Program-made: the position numbers and the translations under genes
In this document: positions 29,233 through 38,424 of the stretch, piece after piece
Layout of the letters: every line of letters starts with the position of its first letter
How positions within the stretch are numbered: position 1 is the stretch's first letter
Notes under the pieces: generated by a model
What the model was told of the DNA's origin: nothing
What the model saw: the letters and a program-made list of their open reading frames with translations, nothing else
The model's database searches: none
Source of the DNA: an uncultured Melioribacter sp.
Lineage (GTDB): Bacteria > Bacteroidota > Ignavibacteria > Ignavibacteriales > Melioribacteraceae
Length of the DNA stretch: 60,150 bases
Direction: 5' to 3'
Assembly (NCBI GenBank): GCA_964479645.1
Contig: CAYZMW010000002.1
Span: 1 to 60,150, forward strand

Positions 29233-31287
29233 TTAATTTTCCCGCATTTCTTCGAATTCCGCAAATTCTTTTCGGCTTGTTCGTGCCACGAACATCTCCC
29301 CGAACGCCGCGAAGAGCGCCGCAATCAAAAAGAAACGCCAAAGTTCGCTCCCTTTTTCTTCCGCGAAAAGATTCTCTTCCGTTATTTTTTCGCCTTCAAG
29401 AATTACGGCGTTTCCTCCGAAAATTTTTCGCAAATCGTTTTTGCTCAAAAATTTCCGTTCGGATTCTTCCGTGTCCGTGTTAACGGTGAATTTGTCGATT
29501 AATTTATCGCCCGAATAAACGTAATAAAATCCGGGCGTTTCCGTTTCGGTGAATTTCAAATATCTTCCGTTGTTTTTGTAATCGGCTTCGAGAAAATATT
29601 CTTTCTCGTTCGGCGCCTCTATTTTAATTTGCGGCGACAAAAGTTTTTCCAAATCTATGTAATACGGTTCGCCGACCTTCACGTCCTTTGCGATGAAACC
29701 CGCCGACGCCGAATAGAGCGCAATGCGGTTCATTAACGGGGCGAAAATCGGCTTGAATTGAAAATCGCTCCAATCGCCGTTCGGGGGTACGGTGAAAACG
29801 AAAATTTTTCCTTTTCCCTTTTTCAATTCGAATAAAAAGGGAGCGTCGTTTTCAAGGGAGATTATCTTTTTAACGGGGGAGTTGCTTTCGAAGCGAACGT
29901 TTTTGGCTATGCGCGGCGAATTTATATTCGTTTTTGTCTCTCCGAAAACACCGACGAAAAGCGGATTGTCGAAATCGATTTTATCGAAAAGAATATCCGC
30001 GGAATGATTTTCAAGCGAAACGTTCGCCGCGGGCGTCAGTTCGCGCAAAATTCCGATGAACGCCTCGGGCGCGTTAGCGTCGGGGAAAATCACAAGCGTT
30101 TTCCCTTTTTCCGAAAGAGTTTTAATCGCGGAAAAATGAATTCCGCCGACGGCGAAAAGAACGTCGGCGTTTTCCAATTCCGCATTCGTCAAGGCGTCGG
30201 CGCGTACGAATTTTGTTTTGTTCAACGACGAAACTTTTTCGCTTAAAGCGAGCAGAAGATTTTCCGCCGCCCGTTTTTCTTTTGCCGTAACGAGAATATT
30301 AACGCGCGCCTTCGTTTCCAAGGAAACAAACCTTTTGTTGTCGAACGGAATGTCGTCGTCTTCGCTTGCAACTACGATTTCGGTAACGCCTGCATTTTTC
30401 AGCAATCCGTTTAATTCCGCTCTTTTTTCGCTCGACGGTTTTAGCGCGACGTTGTTTTGCGCGGTTCTTTCACCGTTGATAAAAAGCGAAATCGTTTTTT
30501 CCACGGCGAATTTTTGACCGAAATTTTTCAAATCGACTTCCATTTTCAGCGTTTTACCCGGGAAAAATATCTGGCTTTTCGGTTCGGCGGCGCAAAGGGT
30601 TAAATTTCGTACGGGCGCGGGAGTAAAATCGACGAGAACTATTTTCACGTTTTCGCCGAGAGTTTTCGCCGCGTTCTTAATTTCTTTTTCCGATAGATTA
30701 TTTTTTTGAAAATCCGAGAAGACGTAAATCGTTCCGGTAAGCGTTTTCTCTTTTCGAACGTTTGCCGCGGCAAGCTCAAAAGCCTTCGAAAGATTTCCTT
30801 TGAAAAACGAAACGTTACTTTTTCGCAAGGTTTTCAGCAAATCCTTTTCTTCAGCTTTCCGCGCGGGCGCGGTGAAAAACAAATTCGCCGCATCGTTCGG
30901 CGACAATCGGGAAAGCACGGCTTCCGCGCCTTTTTTCGCAAGAGCGTAGCAAGCGCTTTCGTCCGTTTTTGCGAACATTCCGTAACTGTTATCGAGAACG
31001 ACGGCAACCGACTTTTTAGCGGTTTCGCCGATTGCGGAAACGGCGCCGCTTTTAACGGCGGGCTTCGCAAAAGCGAGAACGAGAAAGACTATTGCGGACA
31101 AACGCAAAAACAAAAGCAACCACTGTTTGATTTTCAGATTTCTTATTCTGCTTTTTTTCAACTCTTTCAAAAATCGGATTGTACCGAACTCGATGCGTTT
31201 GATTTTTCTCAAATTTATGAAGTGTAAAATCACCGGAATTGCGGCGGCGAGAAGCCCTACCAAAACGGCGGGATTAAGAAAAGTCAT
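29233..31287 (-). CDS. BatA-N-terminal (double-TM) domain protein with degenerate vWA-like region and C-terminal TM
   Basis: N-terminus MTFLNPAVLVGLLAAAIPVILHFINLRK...IRFLKEL matches the aerotolerance-regulator N-terminal domain. VAVVLDNSYGM resembles a partial MIDAS motif. C-terminal TM LWRFFLIAALFAAFGEMF. Confidence 0.65.
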   Translation of the reverse strand: MTFLNPAVLVGLLAAAIPVILHFINLRKIKRIEFGTIRFLKELKKSRIRNLKIKQWLLLFLRLSAIVFLVLAFAKPAVKSGAVSAIGETAKKSVAVVLDNSYGMFAKTDESACYALAKKGAEAVLSRLSPNDAANLFFTAPARKAEEKDLLKTLRKSNVSFFKGNLSKAFELAAANVRKEKTLTGTIYVFSDFQKNNLSEKEIKNAAKTLGENVKIVLVDFTPAPVRNLTLCAAEPKSQIFFPGKTLKMEVDLKNFGQKFAVEKTISLFINGERTAQNNVALKPSSEKRAELNGLLKNAGVTEIVVASEDDDIPFDNKRFVSLETKARVNILVTAKEKRAAENLLLALSEKVSSLNKTKFVRADALTNAELENADVLFAVGGIHFSAIKTLSEKGKTLVIFPDANAPEAFIGILRELTPAANVSLENHSADILFDKIDFDNPLFVGVFGETKTNINSPRIAKNVRFESNSPVKKIISLENDAPFLFELKKGKGKIFVFTVPPNGDWSDFQFKPIFAPLMNRIALYSASAGFIAKDVKVGEPYYIDLEKLLSPQIKIEAPNEKEYFLEADYKNNGRYLKFTETETPGFYYVYSGDKLIDKFTVNTDTEESERKFLSKNDLRKIFGGNAVILEGEKITEENLFAEEKGSELWRFFLIAALFAAFGEMFVARTSRKEFAEFEEMREN

Positions 31288-31317
31288 TTTCGCCTCCGCG
31301 CGTTAAACGACAAATTT

Positions 31318-32643
31318 TCATTTGTAATATCTTTTTATTTTCGTTTCGGGATAATAATGAGCGAGAATTTCGTCGAATTCGTAACCTTTTTCGCCCATTA
31401 CAGCCGCGCCTATTTGGCACATTCCCACGCCGTGTCCCCACCCGGCGCCTCTGATTACGAATTTTTGCGGAACGCCGTTTTGCACGTCCTCTTTATCGAT
31501 AATTATCGCGGAACTGTAAAGATGAGTTTCGGAAAGCGTGCGACGTATTTCAAGCTCTTTTCCGATTATCAGAGTGCGTTTTTCGCCGACAATTTTCAGT
31601 TTTATCACTCTGCCCGATGCGCCTCTTTCGACGGGGAGCAAATCCAATATTGCGCCGTAATCTTTTTTCAGTTTCTTTTTTATCAATGCGGAAATTTCTT
31701 CCTGCGTGTATTCTTTTCTCCAGCGATAAAAATCTACGGTCTTTTTATCGAAATCCACGAGAACCGAAGAGAGAATTTTTTCGTCTTTCGTGTTGCAAAA
31801 AGCCTCCGGTTCGGAAAGTATCCACTTCCGCGCGTTTTTTTCAATCGACAAATCCACGTCCGTAAACTCGGTCGGGTAGTCGTAATCCTCAACGCTTGAA
31901 ATGCAATCGCCCTCGTCTTCGCCCCAAACGTTCCGAAACAGTTCGGTTCTTCCGCCGCAACTTTTAAAATAACGCGCGTCGCACAGTCCGTTTTTCCCCG
32001 TTAAGACAAGTCCTCGCGTTTGTTCCACCGCTTCGTGGACGGCAATCGATTGCGATTTTCCGATGCCGTGGTAACGCTGACAATGGTCATCGTTGCAAAA
32101 AACATAATTGACGTGTCCGTCGCGTTCGTACCACCTTAACACTTCGCCTTTTTTTCTTCTTTCGTTTACGCCTTTCTTTCCGCCTTTTTTCATTTGGGAA
32201 AGCGTCCAACTGCGCGCCACTACGGCTTGCGCTTTCAAAAGCGAAAAAGGAGCGTTTTCGTTCATTTCGGAGCGAATTACGCTTTCGAGGTAGTTTTCGA
32301 GCGGAATAATGTTTACGAGCGTGAGCGCGCCGTTTTCCCGAATTATTTTGAACGACCCGGAATAACGGTGTCGCTCTTTGTGTTCCCAATGAAATTTTTT
32401 ACCGACGGTTACGTCGTCAACAATAAAGGAAGCGTTGTGCGGCGGGAAAGGTTCGAAGACGTCGTTTTCGCTCACATAATATGTGCCGAGCGACGTTTCT
32501 AACATTATGCCGTTATGTGCATCGGAAAAAATCAAGCGTCCGCGCATGTAAATTTCCTTGCGCGGGAAAAAATATTCCCCGACGATTTTTATCTTTATTC
32601 TTTTTGCGTTTAATATTCCTACGGTTACTATCGGTTCTTGCAT
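31318..32643 (-). CDS. SpoIID/LytB-domain protein
   Basis: KAQAVVARSWTL, CNDDHCQRY and WGHGVGMCQIGA motifs of the SpoIID lytic transglycosylase/amidase-enhancer family. Confidence 0.75.
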   Translation of the reverse strand: MQEPIVTVGILNAKRIKIKIVGEYFFPRKEIYMRGRLIFSDAHNGIMLETSLGTYYVSENDVFEPFPPHNASFIVDDVTVGKKFHWEHKERHRYSGSFKIIRENGALTLVNIIPLENYLESVIRSEMNENAPFSLLKAQAVVARSWTLSQMKKGGKKGVNERRKKGEVLRWYERDGHVNYVFCNDDHCQRYHGIGKSQSIAVHEAVEQTRGLVLTGKNGLCDARYFKSCGGRTELFRNVWGEDEGDCISSVEDYDYPTEFTDVDLSIEKNARKWILSEPEAFCNTKDEKILSSVLVDFDKKTVDFYRWRKEYTQEEISALIKKKLKKDYGAILDLLPVERGASGRVIKLKIVGEKRTLIIGKELEIRRTLSETHLYSSAIIIDKEDVQNGVPQKFVIRGAGWGHGVGMCQIGAAVMGEKGYEFDEILAHYYPETKIKRYYK

Positions 32644-32713
32644 ATCGGCAATTTTTTATTTTGATAATATAACGGTTTTATTAAGATTAGCGGAAATAAA
32701 ATAAATTCGCTCG

Positions 32714-33616
32714 ATGAAAAAAGAAAAAAGAAGTCTTTTGTTTTCGCTTTCCGCGGTTTTTTTATGGTCAACCGTCGCAACGGCTTTTAAACTTACGCTA
32801 CGGGGAATTTCTCCCGAACAATTGTTGTTTTGGGCTTCGTTTACGAGCGCGGCGGCGTTGGCTTTATTTGCATACAAAGAAGACAAAAACGCTTTTGTCG
32901 AACAGTTCTCGTTAAAACTTCTTCCGAAAAATTTCTTATTCGGAGCGCTAAATCCTTTTCTTTATTATTTCGTGTTGTTCAAGGCTTACGACCTTTTGCC
33001 GGCGCAGGAAGCTCAGCCGCTCAATTACACTTGGCCCGTTGCGGTTTCGATATTTTCCGTTTTGTTCCTCGGTGAAAAGTTCGACGCGAAAAAATTTATC
33101 GGGCTTTTAATTTCTTTTTCGGGAATTGTGGTAATAGCCACGCGCGGGAACTTTTCCGAATTGCGTTTCGAAAATCCGTTGGGAACATTCCTTGCGCTTG
33201 CAAGCGCGGTCGTTTGGGCGACGTTTTGGACTTTAAAATTAAAAGACAAACGAAAAAATTCCGTGAAACTTTTCGCATCCTTTTTTTACGGAAGCATAAT
33301 TTCGCTCGTTTGGCTGTTGATTACGGGGAAATTCTTAATTCCGCCGGCGCGTTATCTTTTGGGCGCGGCGTATATCGGTTTGTTCGAAATGGGCGTTACT
33401 TTTTTCCTTTGGATGAAAGGCTTGAGTTTGAGTTCCGACAAAACCAAAACTTCCACGCTTGCGTATTTGTCGCCGTTTATCTCTTTGTTGTTTATCGATT
33501 TGATTCTCGGAGAAGAGATACGCGCTTCGTCGATTGCGGGACTTGCGCTTATTATAAGCGGCATTTTACTTCAAAACATAAGGAAAAGAACCGAACTTCG
33601 GCGTTCGTCGGAGTAA
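32714..33616 (+). CDS. EamA/DMT-family transporter
   Basis: About 10 TM segments in two EamA-like halves. Typical size (300 aa). Confidence 0.8.
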   Translation: MKKEKRSLLFSLSAVFLWSTVATAFKLTLRGISPEQLLFWASFTSAAALALFAYKEDKNAFVEQFSLKLLPKNFLFGALNPFLYYFVLFKAYDLLPAQEAQPLNYTWPVAVSIFSVLFLGEKFDAKKFIGLLISFSGIVVIATRGNFSELRFENPLGTFLALASAVVWATFWTLKLKDKRKNSVKLFASFFYGSIISLVWLLITGKFLIPPARYLLGAAYIGLFEMGVTFFLWMKGLSLSSDKTKTSTLAYLSPFISLLFIDLILGEEIRASSIAGLALIISGILLQNIRKRTELRRSSE

Positions 33617-33622
33617 TGTCCG

Positions 33623-33661
33623 CGACACCGTAAATATGCCGTGGCGGGACTGACGGTGTCG
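33623..33661 (+). other. 9-bp GC-rich hairpin just after the EamA stop codon (terminator-like, no clean U-tract)
   Basis: CGACACCGT (33623-33631) pairs with ACGGTGTCG (33653-33661), with a 21-nt loop. Confidence 0.3.
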
Positions 33662-33972
33662 GTTGTTACGAGTTTTCCTTTCCGTATTCTTAAATTCACT
33701 CGTTGTTGCGAACGCCTGCCTTTGGCGGCGCGAAGCGGTCTATCGAATTGTTAGCGAATGATTTTTTCGCGCACGGCACGTCGGATTGTTCTGGCGTTAT
33801 CTAATGAACCAAAAGTTTTTTCTATTCAAATTAAAACGCTTTTTAATTTGTTTCGAACGGTTTTGCGCACGGGATAAATAAGAAATTGAAATTATTAACA
33901 AAAAATTCCGTTCGTTTTCTTATTTTTCTTTTTCGGAACAAATCGTTTTTGATAATCAGTAAAGGAAATAGA

Positions 33973-34248
33973 ATGTCCAAAATCGTAAAAACCGTTTCCG
34001 TCGGGAAAAGCAACAAGGCTTCTCAAAAGAAAAACGAGAGAAGCGGCAAAGTCGAATTCTCCGATTTTTGGGGCGTGAAAAATATTATTATGCTTGTAAT
34101 CGGTTTTGTCGCGCTTTTAATCGGATTTTATTTGATGTCGGTTTCGCCGTGGGACAGCAACGCGGCGTTGAATATTTCGCCGTTGTTTTTGCTTGCGGCG
34201 TATCTGATTTTTTTCCCGCTTTCGATTTTCATAAAAAATAAAAAATAA
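33973..34248 (+). CDS. small 2-TM membrane protein (hypothetical)
   Basis: ATG 33973 follows AAAGGAAA. Basic N-terminus, then two TM helices (IIMLVIGFVALLIGFYLMSV; ISPLFLLAAYLIFFPLSIFI). Its stop codon abuts the next ATG (TAAATG). The ORF-track start at 33886 is judged non-coding. Confidence 0.55.
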   Translation: MSKIVKTVSVGKSNKASQKKNERSGKVEFSDFWGVKNIIMLVIGFVALLIGFYLMSVSPWDSNAALNISPLFLLAAYLIFFPLSIFIKNKK

Positions 34249-34524
34249 ATGTTTCTCGCGAAGGTAAAAGGCAACGTCGTTTCCACGCAGAAAAACGAGT
34301 ATTTGAAAGGGCACAAGTTGCTCGTGGTTCAGCCTGTGGATTTGGAGGGGAATTTCACCGACGCAAAGGAATCCATAGCGCTCGATTTAATCGACGCGGG
34401 AATTAACGATACCGTGCTTGTGGTAAAAGAGGGCGCGGCGGTTCAGCAAATTCTGGGGCACAAGAAAGCGCCCGTAAACACAATGATTGTCGCGATAGTT
34501 GACGATTTGGATATTCGAGAATAA
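34249..34524 (+). CDS. EutN/CcmL-family bacterial microcompartment vertex protein (BMC-P)
   Basis: The 91-aa product MFLAKVKGNVVSTQK...GHKLLVVQPVD..G......A.D.IDAG..DTVLVVKEGAA.....PV..MIVAIVDD aligns end to end with the EutN/CcmL pattern. Confidence 0.85.
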   Translation: MFLAKVKGNVVSTQKNEYLKGHKLLVVQPVDLEGNFTDAKESIALDLIDAGINDTVLVVKEGAAVQQILGHKKAPVNTMIVAIVDDLDIRE

Positions 34525-34546
34525 TTTCAAGTAAAATAAATCGAAT

Positions 34547-35656
34547 TTGAAAGAAATCGCTTTACTTCGGCTTTTGCTTTCCGTCGAAGGCGTCGGCGTT
34601 AAAACGGTAATCTCTTTGCGCGAAAAATTCGGCTCCGCCGAAGAGATATTTCGCGCCGATTTCTCCGAATTACGTCGTGTCGGAAAAATAGGGGAAATTT
34701 CGGCGAAGAGAATTTTAACAGCCGCAAGCGTAAGGGAAAAAGCGCTTTCGACGTTTGAACGCGAATACGAAAAATTGCAAAAAATCGGCGCCGAAATCAT
34801 TTCGTATTGGGACGAAGAATATCCCGAAGCCTTACACAACGTTTACCTTCCGCCCGTAATTTTATACGTTCTCGGACAAACGAATTTGCTTGCATCTCGC
34901 GGCATTGCCGTTGTCGGCACGCGGAAACCTACACGTTACGGATTAAAGCAAACCGAACGGTTTACCGAAAGTCTCGTACGAAACGGTTTGACCGTTGTCA
35001 GCGGGCTTGCGCGCGGAATCGACACGCGCGCGCACAAAACAGCGCTCGATTGCGGCGGAAAAACCGTTGCGGTTCTCGGTTCGGGCTTGGATTATGTTTA
35101 TCCCCCCGAAAATAAAAATCTTTTTCGCGAAATCGCCGAAAACGGATTGGTTGTAACCGAATATCCGCTCGGAACAAAACCCGACGCGGTTAATTTCCCG
35201 CGGCGAAACAGAATAATTTCGGGCTTGTCACTCGGCGTCCTTGTCGTGGAAACGAAACTGAGCGGCGGCGCGCTTCACACCGCGGCGTACGCGCTCGAAC
35301 AAGGGCGCGAAGTCTTTGCCGTGCCGGGCAATCTCGATTCTCCGCAAAGCGAAGGAACGAACGGGTTGATTATGAAAGGCGAAGCGAAACTTGTAACCGA
35401 CGCCGAGGATATTCTCGATGAACTCAGAATTACTTCGCCCGAACAATCGAAAAAGAGAGAACGCGAAATCGATACGACTTCGCTCGACGTATTCGAAGCG
35501 AAAATTTACTCCGTTCTTTCCGCCGAACCTTTGCATATCGATAAAATCGCGAATGTTTGCAATATGAATTCCGCCGAGTGCGCCGTTTACCTTTTGAATC
35601 TCGAACTGAAAGGATTGGCAGAACAATTACCGGGCAAATATTTTGTAAAAGCCTGA
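34547..35656 (+). CDS. dprA: DNA processing protein DprA (Smf)
   Basis: N-terminal SAM/HhH-like region, Rossmann core GIAVVGTRKPTRYG, SGLARGIDTRAH, GGALHTA, and a C-terminal winged-helix-like region. Confidence 0.9.
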   Translation: MKEIALLRLLLSVEGVGVKTVISLREKFGSAEEIFRADFSELRRVGKIGEISAKRILTAASVREKALSTFEREYEKLQKIGAEIISYWDEEYPEALHNVYLPPVILYVLGQTNLLASRGIAVVGTRKPTRYGLKQTERFTESLVRNGLTVVSGLARGIDTRAHKTALDCGGKTVAVLGSGLDYVYPPENKNLFREIAENGLVVTEYPLGTKPDAVNFPRRNRIISGLSLGVLVVETKLSGGALHTAAYALEQGREVFAVPGNLDSPQSEGTNGLIMKGEAKLVTDAEDILDELRITSPEQSKKREREIDTTSLDVFEAKIYSVLSAEPLHIDKIANVCNMNSAECAVYLLNLELKGLAEQLPGKYFVKA

Positions 35657-35703
35657 GTTTTTTCCTATTTTTATATTCTTTTTTAAAAATAATGCACGCT
35701 TTT

Positions 35704-35785
35704 GCGGAAGTGGCGGAATTGGTAGACGCGCTAGACTTAGGATCTAGTGCCGCAAGGCGTGGGGGTTCGAGTCCCCCCTTCCGCA
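35704..35785 (+). tRNA. tRNA-Leu (anticodon UAG)
   Basis: Hand-folded cloverleaf. Acceptor GCGGAAG/CTTCCGC, anticodon stem CTAGA/TCTAG with loop CTTAGGA, long variable arm, T-loop TTCGAGT. CCA is not encoded. Confidence 0.9.
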
Positions 35786-35819
35786 CGAATAATGAAATAT
35801 AAAAATATAAGAGGTAAAA

Positions 35820-37160
35820 TTGGAAACCAAATTAAATGCTTTATCCGACTATTTGAAAGAACTTGAAGTCGTTTTAAGTTACGACGAAATCAAATCGGAC
35901 ATTGAAAAGGCTTACAAGCGGGAACAGAAAAAAATTTCGATGCCGGGTTTTCGCAAAGGGAAAGTTCCTTTGAGCATCATAAAGAAATATTACGGAGAGG
36001 CGATCGAATATTCCGCGGCTGAAAAAATAGCCGAAAACAAAGCGTGGGACGCAATAGATTCCACGGGCGAAAAACCTATCAGTATCCCCAAATTCGCGGA
36101 AATAGATTACAAGGGCGAAGACGGTCTTGTTTTCAAAGTTCAATTCGAAGTTAAACCGAAAATAGAACCGAAAGATTATACGGGATTGGAAATTGAAAAG
36201 ATTGTTTTCGACGTTGACGATAATTTGATTGAGGAAGAACTTAAACGTTTGCAAAAATCGAAGGCGACGTACGAAGAAGCCGAAAAAGTGGAAGACCGCA
36301 ATTACAGGATTTACGTCGATCTACAGCGCGTTGACGATAACGGAAATCCTTTCCCGAATAGCGAACCGTCGAAAGATTTGCCTATCGATTTGAGCGAACC
36401 GAACATAAACGCCGAACTTATTGAAAGCACGCTCGGTAAAAAGGTCGGCGACGAATTCGAATTTACGTTTGTTGACGAACATAAACACGGCGACGAAGTT
36501 CATAAAACGGAATATCGCTACAAAGGCGTAATTAAAAAAATAGAGAAAATAGTTTTGCCCGAAATTACCGACGAATTTATAAAAGAAGCGACGGACGGAA
36601 AACACGAAACCGTTGAATCTTACAAGAAAGAAATTTACGATTATTTCAGAAATTACTACGACGAGCAATCGGAAGAAATGATGATAAATTCCCTTTTAAC
36701 GAAGATTTCCCGAAACAACGATTTCGACGTCCCGCCCGGACACGTGGAACTTGTTTTAAAAAGACTTGTTGATTATGAAATCGAAAACGCGAAGCGTTAC
36801 AATCAACCCGTGCCCGACGAAAAGCAATTGCGGGAGCAATTGAAAGAAAAAGCCGCGTGGAACGCAAAGTGGCAACTTTTAATGGAAGCGATTGCCGAAA
36901 AAGAAGGCATTGAAGTAACGGAAGAAGATTTGAAGAAAATCGCCGAGGAAGAAGCCGAAAAGACGGGAATTTCCGTTGATAAACTCGTGAAATTTTATAA
37001 AGATTCGGGTAAAGAGGCGACGATTTTGGAAGACAAGGTAATCGAATTTTTGAAAGAAAACAATACGATAAAGGAAGTTAATATCAAAGAGAAGGAAAAA
37101 GAACAAGCGGAGAAAAAAGCCGAAGAAGAAAACAAAACGGAGGAAAAATCCGATGAATAA
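35820..37160 (+). CDS. tig: trigger factor
   Basis: Ribosome-binding signature [10 protein letters not shown], a PPIase-like middle region, and a C-terminal domain plus a K/E tail. TTG start 4 nt after GAGGT. Confidence 0.9.
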   Translation: METKLNALSDYLKELEVVLSYDEIKSDIEKAYKREQKKISMPGFRKGKVPLSIIKKYYGEAIEYSAAEKIAENKAWDAIDSTGEKPISIPKFAEIDYKGEDGLVFKVQFEVKPKIEPKDYTGLEIEKIVFDVDDNLIEEELKRLQKSKATYEEAEKVEDRNYRIYVDLQRVDDNGNPFPNSEPSKDLPIDLSEPNINAELIESTLGKKVGDEFEFTFVDEHKHGDEVHKTEYRYKGVIKKIEKIVLPEITDEFIKEATDGKHETVESYKKEIYDYFRNYYDEQSEEMMINSLLTKISRNNDFDVPPGHVELVLKRLVDYEIENAKRYNQPVPDEKQLREQLKEKAAWNAKWQLLMEAIAEKEGIEVTEEDLKKIAEEEAEKTGISVDKLVKFYKDSGKEATILEDKVIEFLKENNTIKEVNIKEKEKEQAEKKAEEENKTEEKSDE

Positions 37161-37782
37161 AGAAGAAATTCAGGCTCAACTTGTTCCGTACGTAATAGAG
37201 CAAACGGGCCGCGGCGAACGCGGAATGGATATTTTTTCGCGTTTGTTGCGCGAAAGAATTATTTTTCTCGGTACGGCAATCGACGACCACGTTGCAAGTC
37301 TCGTAATAGCGCAACTCCTTTTCCTTGAAGCCGAAGACCCCGAAAAAGATATTTATCTTTACATCAATTCTCCCGGCGGTAGCGTTTCCGCGGGCTTGGC
37401 TATTTACGATACAATGCAATATATTCGTTCGGACGTTTCGACGATATGCGTTGGAATGGCGGCAAGCATGGGCGCGGTTTTGCTCGCTGGCGGAGCCGAA
37501 GGTAAGCGTTCTTCTTTGCCGAATTCGAAAATTATGATTCATCAGCCGTGGGTCGGCGGTTTACAGGGACAAACTACGGATATTGAAATTCACGCGCGTG
37601 AAATGGTGAAATCCCGCGACAAGTTGTATCAAATTCTTGCGCGGCACACGGGGAAATCCGTGGAAGAAATCGCCAAGGATTGCGACCGCGATTATTACCT
37701 TTCCGCGGAAGAAGCGAAAGAATATCGCTTAATCGATACCGTTTTGGAAAGCAGAAAAAATAAAAAAGAAGAGAAAAAATAG
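37153..37782 (+). CDS. clpP: ATP-dependent Clp protease proteolytic subunit
   Basis: [11 protein letters not shown], active-site GMAASMGA and IMIHQP. 8-nt overlap with tig. Confidence 0.95.
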   Translation: MNKEEIQAQLVPYVIEQTGRGERGMDIFSRLLRERIIFLGTAIDDHVASLVIAQLLFLEAEDPEKDIYLYINSPGGSVSAGLAIYDTMQYIRSDVSTICVGMAASMGAVLLAGGAEGKRSSLPNSKIMIHQPWVGGLQGQTTDIEIHAREMVKSRDKLYQILARHTGKSVEEIAKDCDRDYYLSAEEAKEYRLIDTVLESRKNKKEEKK

Positions 37783-37810
37783 ATTTTTTTCATAGTAGCT
37801 CCCATATGTA

Positions 37811-37868
37811 AGCTGTTTCAAGAGAAGTTTTTTTGTCCGCTCCGCTTCTTTTGAAACAGCTTTTTTTA
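37811..37868 (+). terminator. rho-independent terminator after clpP
   Basis: A 17-bp stem (37811-37827 with 37845-37861) containing one G-U pair, then a T-run. Confidence 0.75.
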
Positions 37869-38022
37869 TTGCCTGTCCATGAAATTGCGCGAATAACTTT
37901 GTACAGAGAAAATCTTTAAAATTGAAAGAAGGTTTTGCATGACCTTATACGTTTGGTTTACCGTTGCCCGAGTTCGTTTTCAACCGAAAAAATTTCAATT
38001 AAAATTCTCTCGAAAATTTTTC

Positions 38023-38051
38023 TTGCATTTCGAAAAAAATGTTAATAAATT
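38023..38051 (+). promoter_or_regulatory. promoter candidate for tRNA cluster (TTGCAT-N17-TAAATT)
   Basis: TTGCAT at 38023-38028, a 17-nt spacer, and TAAATT at 38046-51. The latter extends to TAAATTTG, which also fits the Bacteroidetes-type TAnnTTTG. About 40 nt upstream of tRNA-Tyr. Confidence 0.4.
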
Positions 38052-38091
38052 TGTTGCTCTGAAAATTTGGTTCATTAAAAAAATGAATTTC

Positions 38092-38175
38092 GGGCGGACG
38101 CCGGAGTTGGAGAGCCGGGGCGGACTGTAAATCCGTTGGCGAATGCCTTTGGGGGTTCGAATCCCTCGCCGCCCA
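38092..38175 (+). tRNA. tRNA-Tyr (anticodon GUA)
   Basis: Hand-folded. Anticodon loop CTGTAAA, long variable arm, T-loop TTCGAAT. One A-G mismatch at the base of the acceptor stem, so the ends are +/- 1 nt. Confidence 0.85.
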
Positions 38176-38280
38176 CAAAAGTTCTTTTTACATTGAAGTT
38201 TAACTTTATCGACTTCTTCTATTTCTCATAGTCGCTAAAGGGTTACGCTAATACCGGGTAAAAGTTTTAACTTATTACTT

Positions 38281-38354
38281 GCGGGAGTAACTCAGTTGGC
38301 TAGAGTCACAGCCTTCCAAGCTGTTGGTCGCGGGTTCGAGTCCCGTCTCCCGCT
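38281..38354 (+). tRNA. tRNA-Gly (anticodon UCC)
   Basis: Acceptor GCGGGAG/CTCCCGC, D-stem ACTC/GAGT, anticodon stem ACAGC/GCTGT with loop CTTCCAA, T-loop TTCGAGT. Confidence 0.9.
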
Positions 38355-38379
38355 CTAACTATATCCCGGTTTTATTAGC

Positions 38380-38417
38380 AGAGTGAAAGAACGATTTTCT
38401 TTCACTCTATTTTTTTG
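38380..38417 (+). terminator. rho-independent terminator between tRNA-Gly and tRNA-Thr
   Basis: AGAGTGAAAGAA / TTCTTTCACTCT 12-bp perfect stem, loop CGATT, followed by ATTTTTTT. Confidence 0.7.
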
Positions 38418-38424
38418 TTTGCAA

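Noticed and set aside
29228-29341. 38-aa N-terminal extension of hflX in the ORF track
   Set aside because: The extension overlaps the 3' end of the BatA-like gene. The canonical HflX N-terminus begins at MTEKEKAILVAL (ATG 29227).
33617-33661. H-type pseudoknot (GTCCGC..GACACCGT..GCGGGAC..ACGGTGTC)
   Set aside because: The topology is right, but the connecting loops would be 0 and 2 nt, which is sterically implausible. It is more likely a simple hairpin or alternative pairings.
33886-33972. 29-aa N-terminal extension of the small 2-TM protein (TTG start)
   Set aside because: It has poor coding character. A better ATG with an upstream purine-rich SD lies at 33973.
35430-35786. 118-aa minus-strand ORF
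   Set aside because: It overlaps the dprA 3' end and the whole tRNA-Leu gene. Its N-terminal MRKGGLEPPR is the typical translation of a tRNA T-arm/acceptor region.
37939-38130. 63-aa ORF in the clpP-tRNA spacer
   Set aside because: It runs into tRNA-Tyr (38092-38175) and across the predicted tRNA promoter. Its composition looks non-coding.
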